This document shows, in pieces, positions 18,735 to 23,834 of a stretch of 64,000 nt of DNA. The DNA comes from an uncultured archaeon. GTDB lineage: Archaea; Hadarchaeota; Hadarchaeia; Hadarchaeales; Hadarchaeaceae. Each line of letters begins with the position of its first letter. Within the stretch, counting starts at the first letter, position 1. The notes under the pieces are model-generated. The model was given only the letters and a program-made list of their open reading frames with translations. It was not told the origin of the DNA and made no database searches. The stretch lies in the NCBI GenBank assembly GCA_937921735.1, contig CAKZTQ010000011.1, positions 18,333 to 82,332 of the forward strand, written 5' to 3'. The translations under genes were made by a program, and so were the position numbers.

Positions 18735-20111
18735 ATGAGCGATAAGAGCGAGTTCATGGGGAAGGACCCTGTATGGCCGCTACTCCTACGTTTTTGCGGA
18801 CCATCCATAATAGCCGCGGTGGTAACGGCCACCTATAACTTGGTCGACGCGATATTCGCCGGCGCCCTCGGTCTCGAAGCTTTGGCCGCCTTGGCTGTAG
18901 CCTTCCCACTTATGATAATTTATACATCGATAGGTTTTTGCATCGGTTTCGGATCATCTTCCCTGATCTCCCGCAGCTTGGGCGCGAGGAAACTCGAGGA
19001 GGCCAACATTGCGGCGGGAAATGCTATCTCTCTGTTTCTAATTGCAGGGGCCATCGCCACCCTCGTCTTCTACCCAAGCTTGAAAACCTTGCTCAGCCTC
19101 TTCGGAGCGAGCGGTGAGGTTTTAGAGCAAGCTGTTTCCTATATGAGCATCGAGACGAGATTTATCTCGCTGAACTTCTTGCTCCTCGTGCTCGTGGAGA
19201 TGGTTAGGGCGGGCGGCGATCCATCCATAGCGAGCGGCGCCGCAATTCTCTCCACGATCATCAATTGCGTCATGGATCCCGTCTTGGCGTTTGGGCTGGG
19301 ACCATTTCCCAGGATGGGGATAGCGGGTCTCGCTCTGGCGACGACGGTGGGTCGGGCAATATCCTCGATGATCTTGCTTGTGCATCTCATTTCTAGGTCC
19401 GTTTACTCCCTCCACTCCAAGCATTTCTTGCCGAGGATATGGGCGATGAAGGAGATATTGGGAGTTGGATCATCCTCCACCGTGCGTATGGCTGGTGGCT
19501 CAGTCGCGCAGGTGCTGTCCGTTAAGGTGGCATCGTCCTTCGGCGTTATCCCATTGGCCTTGTTGGCGGTCCTGTTTAGGGTCAACAGCCTCGTGTTCCA
19601 TCCCTGCTTTGGCCTCGGTCAGGGGATGATACCCCTTGTCGGATACAATTATGGTGCCAAGTTAAATCACCGCGTGAGGGAGATCGTCACGAAGGCCACC
19701 ACCGTCGCCTTTGCGTATGGGGCCATTTTTTGGCTGATGGTGACGGTTTTTGCGGCCCCTATCTTGTCCGTATTCGGCGATGGCGCTGATTACCTCGGTC
19801 AGGGAATTTGGGCCCTCCGCATATTTGCGTTCGATTCGCTCACCATAGGCGCCCACATGGTCCTGAGCTGCTTTTTCCAAGGACTAGGGAAGTGGGCTCC
19901 CGCCCTGATAGTGTCATCGTCGCGTCAACTCATCTTCCTGATACCATGCGTTTTGGTCCTCCCACAGCTGTTCGGCTTAACGGGGTTATGGCTGGCTTTT
20001 CCCATCGCAAGCGCGTTGGCCTTGGCCCTCTCCCTATCCTGGGCGATCGCCGAATTTCGCAGCTGGGGAAGCCCCAGTTCAGCCGAGGCCAGGCGCGGCA
20101 ACAGATACTAA
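18735..20111 (+). CDS. MATE-family efflux transporter
   Basis: 458 aa, 12 predicted TM segments. N-terminal PSIIAAVVTATYNLVDAIFAGALG is MATE-typical. Confidence 0.8.
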   Translation: MSDKSEFMGKDPVWPLLLRFCGPSIIAAVVTATYNLVDAIFAGALGLEALAALAVAFPLMIIYTSIGFCIGFGSSSLISRSLGARKLEEANIAAGNAISLFLIAGAIATLVFYPSLKTLLSLFGASGEVLEQAVSYMSIETRFISLNFLLLVLVEMVRAGGDPSIASGAAILSTIINCVMDPVLAFGLGPFPRMGIAGLALATTVGRAISSMILLVHLISRSVYSLHSKHFLPRIWAMKEILGVGSSSTVRMAGGSVAQVLSVKVASSFGVIPLALLAVLFRVNSLVFHPCFGLGQGMIPLVGYNYGAKLNHRVREIVTKATTVAFAYGAIFWLMVTVFAAPILSVFGDGADYLGQGIWALRIFAFDSLTIGAHMVLSCFFQGLGKWAPALIVSSSRQLIFLIPCVLVLPQLFGLTGLWLAFPIASALALALSLSWAIAEFRSWGSPSSAEARRGNRY

Positions 20112-20154
20112 AAGCAAGGCGGCAAGATCGATGGTTTGAAAAGGAGGTGTTAAA

Positions 20155-20376
20155 ATGGGGGAGCACGAGGATTGGGCGATGGCTAGGCAGTCCTTGATCG
20201 AGGAGCTCGACGCCATAAACAAGTACCAAGCCAGGATAGACGCCACCAAGGATGGGTCGCTGAAGAAGGTATTGCAGCACAACATGGACGAGGAGAAGGA
20301 GCACGTCGCGATGCTCGTGGAGTGGCTCAGGAAGAAGGACCCAACCCAGGGCGAGATGTTTAAGGAGCACGACTGA
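20155..20376 (+). CDS. encapsulated-ferritin-like (EncFtn / half-ferritin) protein
   Basis: 73 aa. LIEELDAINKYQARIDATKD...LQHNMDEEKEHVAMLVEWLRKKDP aligns by eye to the EncFtn core with its E...ExxH metal ligands. Strong SD aggaggtg lies upstream. Confidence 0.65.
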   Translation: MGEHEDWAMARQSLIEELDAINKYQARIDATKDGSLKKVLQHNMDEEKEHVAMLVEWLRKKDPTQGEMFKEHD

Positions 20377-20388
20377 GCAGGTAGGCAT

Positions 20389-20400
20389 GTTTTTAATTTT
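20389..20400 (+). promoter_or_regulatory. AT/T-rich element: likely terminator for the EncFtn-like gene and TATA box for tRNA-Glu
   Basis: gtttttaatttt is centred ~28 nt upstream of the tRNA-Glu 5' end and 13 nt after the upstream stop codon. Confidence 0.35.
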
Positions 20401-20422
20401 CGCCGCGAAAGCTAGACGTGAG

Positions 20423-20500
20423 GCCCCGGTGGTGTAGGCCGGTCAATCATGCAGGCCTCTCGAGCCTGCGACGCGGGTTCAAATCCCGCCCGGGGCACCA
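20423..20500 (+). tRNA. tRNA-Glu (anticodon CTC), CCA encoded
   Basis: Acceptor GCCCCGG/CCGGGGC, anticodon stem CAGGC/GCCTG, loop CTCTCGA, T arm GCGGG-TTCAAAT-CCCGC, discriminator A plus CCA. Confidence 0.9.
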
Positions 20501-20727
20501 TTTCGATTATTTTGTAGCAGCGTTGCAAAAGCATGAAACTTTTGCCGGGGGAAGGGGGCAGGTGATATTTGGGGTAAAATGGAGCCCTAAGCACCGGAGG
20601 AAGCCAAGCCACCCAAGAAGTCCAGTACTGACGAAGGAGAACTTGCCGTCCCTCTCCTCCGCCATCTGGGGCAGAGCGGCGCGACAAAAATTAAATGTTG
20701 GCCAGCCCAAACGTGAAAGTGTTAACC

Positions 20728-20829
20728 ATGTATTGGGAGCTCGAGGAGGAGCTTGAGCGGAAGCTCCAGCGAAAGCGCAAGAAGTACCGCGCGGTCTACC
20801 GCAGGGCACACAGGAAGGGCAGAGGTTAA
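20728..20829 (+). CDS. candidate 33-aa highly basic microprotein (speculative)
   Basis: Hand translation MYWELEEELERKLQRKRKKYRAVYRRAHRKGRG*. TATA-like aaaaattaaatg lies ~35 nt upstream. No family recognised. Confidence 0.2.
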   Translation: MYWELEEELERKLQRKRKKYRAVYRRAHRKGRG

Positions 20830-20836
20830 TTTTATT
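20826..20836 (+). promoter_or_regulatory. TATA-like box for tRNA-Leu
   Basis: ttaattttatt is centred ~31 nt upstream of the tRNA 5' end. Confidence 0.35.
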
Positions 20837-20861
20837 GCCCCGCTCGAGAAAATTTCATCTC

Positions 20862-20965
20862 GCGGGGGTGCCTGAGCCTGGCCTAAAGGGCGGGACTTAA
20901 GGGCCAAGCTAAGAGATCCCGTGGCCGTAGGGCCTTCGAGAGTTCGAATCTCTCCCCCCGCACCA
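20862..20965 (+). tRNA. tRNA-Leu (anticodon TAA) with a 14-nt intron at 37/38 (20902..20915), CCA encoded
   Basis: Acceptor GCGGGGG/CCCCCGC and anticodon stem CGGGA/TCCCG, interrupted as CTTAAG|GGCCAAGCTAAGAG|A. Long variable arm, T arm GAGAG-TTCGAAT-CTCTC. Confidence 0.85.
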
Positions 20966-21030
20966 TCCCGGCGAAGGGTTTGGGGGCATTTAAGGTCACC
21001 ACAAATCCTCATCTAGCCGAGCGGCAAACC

Positions 21031-21507
21031 ATGGCGCCGAGCCAACCCTACAAGATCAGGCCGATCGAGCCGGATGACTTGCCCAAGGTGATCGAGCTCA
21101 TCGCCTCGGCGATCTCGAGCGCGGATGCGGAGTTCGCTAGGTCCATCTTCGCCTATTACTTTCGGGAAGGTCGATCGAAGCGGCAAGCTGAATACTACGT
21201 CGTCGAGCTAGGCGGCAAGGTCGTGGGAGTCTCGGGGTTTTACAGGCGAGGCGAAGCTTACTGGCTAGGGTGGTTCGCCGTCAGCGAGGAGTACAGGAAG
21301 CTCGGAATAGGCAGCGCGTTGCTCGAGAGGGTCGAAGAGGAGGTCAAGGCTAGGGGCGCAAGGGAGCTCTACGTCTACACCAGCTCGCTTCCGAAGTTCG
21401 AGGGGACGAGGGAGTTCTACAGGCGAAGGGGCTTCGAGGAGGTGTGCGAGGTCGACCACCCGCGCTGGGAGCGGGATATGCTCTTCCTCCGCAAGCGGCT
21501 CAGTTGA
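21031..21507 (+). CDS. GNAT-family N-acetyltransferase
   Basis: IRPIEPDDLPKV... and the acetyl-CoA motif YRKLGIGSALLERVEEEVKARG. The longest ORF starts at 20980; the ATG at 21031 is preferred. Confidence 0.75.
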   Translation: MAPSQPYKIRPIEPDDLPKVIELIASAISSADAEFARSIFAYYFREGRSKRQAEYYVVELGGKVVGVSGFYRRGEAYWLGWFAVSEEYRKLGIGSALLERVEEEVKARGARELYVYTSSLPKFEGTREFYRRRGFEEVCEVDHPRWERDMLFLRKRLS

Positions 21508-21610
21508 GCTGAAGGCTCTCGGTATCAGCATCCCAGCGACGTCTAGCGTTAACAGCAGTGATGTCCGTTATCGACGCTGCTTTGAATTGAGGTCCTGGCC
21601 ACAGAGAGCC

Positions 21611-21618
21611 TTTAATTG
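21611..21618 (+). promoter_or_regulatory. TATA-like box for tRNA-Gly
   Basis: tttaattg is centred ~26 nt upstream of the tRNA 5' end. Confidence 0.35.
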
Positions 21619-21640
21619 TCACGTTTCAAAGATAACTTGG

Positions 21641-21718
21641 GCGGCCGTAGTCTAGCCTGGTCTAGGACTCAGGCCCTCCAAGCCTGAAGCGCGGGTTCAA
21701 ATCCCGCCGGCCGCACCA
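21641..21718 (+). tRNA. tRNA-Gly (anticodon TCC), CCA encoded, unusual C33
   Basis: Acceptor GCGGCCG/CGGCCGC, D stem GTCT/GGAC, anticodon stem CAGGC/GCCTG, loop CCTCCAA, T arm GCGGG-TTCAAAT-CCCGC. Confidence 0.85.
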
Positions 21719-22013
21719 CTCTAAAACTGCCAAATGAGCAATATTTTTGGCAAATTTTTGGATAAAAGGCATATAATTCCTCTCAAGACCCTCTACAGGT
21801 GGCCTTTAATTATGACATGCTTTCCGCCAATTAAGTGCGGAATTAATCATCGATTTCTCAAAATCAATTAAGGACAAAAAATACAAAAGGATAAATACAA
21901 GCAAAAGAGGGGCCCGATGTTCGAAAACAGAGAATGGAGGTAGGAAGATACACGTTTTCAAAGATGTAACCATTCGAGGACCTAAGGGCGAAAAACACCT
22001 GAGGGGGGTACTC

Positions 22014-22421
22014 GTGGACACTGGAGCTACATATACCACCATGCCTCGTTGGATCATCGAGCTCATCGGGGCAACAGATCCTTTAAGGCTCGTCGACCTC
22101 GAGCTCGCGGATGGACGGAAAGTGAAAGCGACGTTACATTCAGCAGAGGTCGAGATAGATGGTAGAAAGGGATTGGTGAAGGTAGCCTCCTTCGAAAACG
22201 CGAAGCCTGCGATCGGAATGGACACGCTCATGGCCCTCGATTTCGGGTCGGAGGGGCGAGGAATGAGGTTTGGCCTAGTCGATAGGGTGCTATTGAGAAC
22301 TGCTTACTTGATCGGCTCTATTTTGATGGTGGTATTGAAAGCGATCGGGGTCCTTTTGATCATCGCGCTCTTCGCGTTGCCGGTGATATTCTTATTGTTG
22401 CTCCTGCTTAGCGTAATCTAA
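22014..22421 (+). CDS. retropepsin-like (clan AA) aspartic protease with hydrophobic C-terminal tail; N-terminus apparently disrupted
   Basis: Catalytic VDTGAT, downstream AIGMDTLMAL, then ~45 hydrophobic residues. The frame is open and protease-like upstream to 21816 but has no ATG/GTG/TTG there. Confidence 0.5.
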   Translation: MDTGATYTTMPRWIIELIGATDPLRLVDLELADGRKVKATLHSAEVEIDGRKGLVKVASFENAKPAIGMDTLMALDFGSEGRGMRFGLVDRVLLRTAYLIGSILMVVLKAIGVLLIIALFALPVIFLLLLLLSVI

Positions 22422-22437
22422 GCAGAGGGGGTGGAAC

Positions 22438-22614
22438 ATGCCAAAATGCTCTGTCTGTGGGCGGGAGTTTCGGGAGGACCAGCTTCTCCGCTGCTACGAT
22501 TGCGGTAGGGCCTACTGCGAGGAGTGCGCGCCCAGAACGATAAAAGAGCTTGGAGTATGCCCGGACTGCGAAGAGGTGTTTGAAGCAGAGGAGGACTACT
22601 GGGGATGGGAGTGA
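22438..22614 (+). CDS. 58-aa zinc-ribbon microprotein with four CxxC pairs (below ORF-track cutoff)
   Basis: Hand translation MPKCSVCGREFREDQLLRCYDCGRAYCEECAPRTIKELGVCPDCEEVFEAEEDYWGWE*. ATG is 17 nt after the upstream stop. Confidence 0.55.
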   Translation: MPKCSVCGREFREDQLLRCYDCGRAYCEECAPRTIKELGVCPDCEEVFEAEEDYWGWE

Positions 22615-22630
22615 AAAGGGTGAAATGCAA

Positions 22631-22659
22631 GACATCTATATGGAACAACTTTAGATGTC
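22631..22659. repeat. 8-bp perfect inverted repeat GACATCTA-N13-TAGATGTC (hairpin/operator-like)
   Basis: Read directly, 17 nt after the zinc-ribbon stop. The right arm belongs to a thrice-repeated TTAGATGY motif. Confidence 0.5.
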
Positions 22660-22751
22660 CACGAGCCTAAAGGAAAAATTGTTAGATGCGTTAATCTTTG
22701 CACGATGAACACGATATGGTTTAATTGATTTCACAACCTCATAAGTTTGAA

Positions 22752-22779
22752 TTGAAATCCAATGTCCGGGCCGCACCAC
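22752..22779 (+). repeat. degenerate duplicate of the tRNA-Gly 3' end (att-like)
   Basis: ttgaaatcc-aatgtccg-ggccgcaccac compared with tRNA 21696..21719 ttcaaatcc-cgcc-ggccgcaccac. The terminal 11 nt are identical. Confidence 0.5.
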
Positions 22780-22802
22780 CTTTAGATGCTTTGACTCGCC
22801 TA

Positions 22803-23777
22803 CTAAAGTTCTGGCCGAGGGTCGTCAGCCAAAGCCGACTCGATGCGGTCGGACAGCCTGCCGAAATATGCCTCGACGTCGACCCGCCTCAGCCCCCTCG
22901 AGATCTCCTTTCTCCAAGCCTCTAAGAAGAAATTCTCCAGCCCGTAGAACTCGGCGGCGCTCAAAAGCCTCTTTTCCAGGTCAGCGGCAAGCTCGAAGAC
23001 GTCCTCCATCTTCTCCTTGTACTGGATATCCCGCAGGATGTGGTGGTCGAGGATTATCGTTTTCGCCCTCGTCTCCTCTATCGCCCTTTTCAAGTTCTCC
23101 TTGGAGCGCTCGAAGGACGCCGCGGCCATCCTCCAGCCCACGAAGATGGTGGGAAAGCCGTCGAGGATCATCAACTTCGGATCCTTCTCCAGCACCCATT
23201 CCAGCGCTTGGGGGTCGGCCAGGCTCTGGGCATCGCTTCCGAAGAGCAGCGAGTCCTTCCCCTTCTCCATGTGGACCATGATCACCCTCCCCACCTGGCT
23301 TCCGAGCTCGCCGTGCCAGACGGCCGGCGAGAAGGAGAGGTGGACCCCCTCGATCTCGAAGTCCCTCCCGTCCGCCCACTCTATCGCCTTCGCTAGCCCC
23401 CTCGCCTTTGAATCGAAAATCTGCCCGCGCTTCTTGCCGGAAAGGTTTATGTTTTTGGTTCTGTCCTTGGCCAGGACCAGCTTGCTTCCGAAGCAGCGCC
23501 GGTACATTTCGTCGTCGTCCGGGAAAGGGTGGTGGTCGTAGTGGTAGTGTGTGACGATGGAGACCTCCGCCAGCTCGGAGACCTCCATTATTTTCTCCCT
23601 CGATAGCTCGAGCGCCCTGAGCTCAGCGTCGGTTGGCCCGAGGCCGTAGCGGGTCGGCCCCAGCGCCACCCCGGGATCTATCTGAACCGTCAAGTCCCCC
23701 ATCGAGACCAAGGTGGACATGCTCCGGACGCCGAACGAATCAAACGCTATGGGTAGAACCCTCGTCCCATCGCCCAT
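22803..23777 (-). CDS. MBL-fold metallo-hydrolase (UPF0282-like)
   Basis: 324 aa. HxHxDH-type motif VTHYHYDHH. TATA-like aaatttaaag lies ~30 nt upstream. Confidence 0.55.
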   Translation of the reverse strand: MGDGTRVLPIAFDSFGVRSMSTLVSMGDLTVQIDPGVALGPTRYGLGPTDAELRALELSREKIMEVSELAEVSIVTHYHYDHHPFPDDDEMYRRCFGSKLVLAKDRTKNINLSGKKRGQIFDSKARGLAKAIEWADGRDFEIEGVHLSFSPAVWHGELGSQVGRVIMVHMEKGKDSLLFGSDAQSLADPQALEWVLEKDPKLMILDGFPTIFVGWRMAAASFERSKENLKRAIEETRAKTIILDHHILRDIQYKEKMEDVFELAADLEKRLLSAAEFYGLENFFLEAWRKEISRGLRRVDVEAYFGRLSDRIESALADDPRPEL

Positions 23778-23834
23778 GTGTCATTGGGAGTTCCGGGTTC
23801 TTTAAATTTGGGCCGGTGAACTACGAGAAGGGCG

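Noticed and set aside
20555-20635. GTGATAT ... CTGA pair in the tRNA-Glu/tRNA-Leu spacer, considered as a possible C/D box sRNA.
   Set aside because: The C box is imperfect, the spacing is ~70 nt with no internal D'/C' boxes, and there is no terminal helix.
20412-20809. ORFs 20412..20687(-), 20418..20756(+) and 20507..20809(-), which cover the tRNA-Glu gene and the spacer.
   Set aside because: They run through a well-folded tRNA gene and have an implausible composition, so they are treated as spurious.
20980-21507. The GNAT acetyltransferase embedded among three tRNA genes, considered as a possible tRNA-acetylating toxin (TacT/AtaT-like) of a toxin-antitoxin pair.
   Set aside because: No adjacent RHH/DUF1778-type antitoxin ORF. 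The sequence looks like a generic GNAT, and the tRNA adjacency alone is not evidence.
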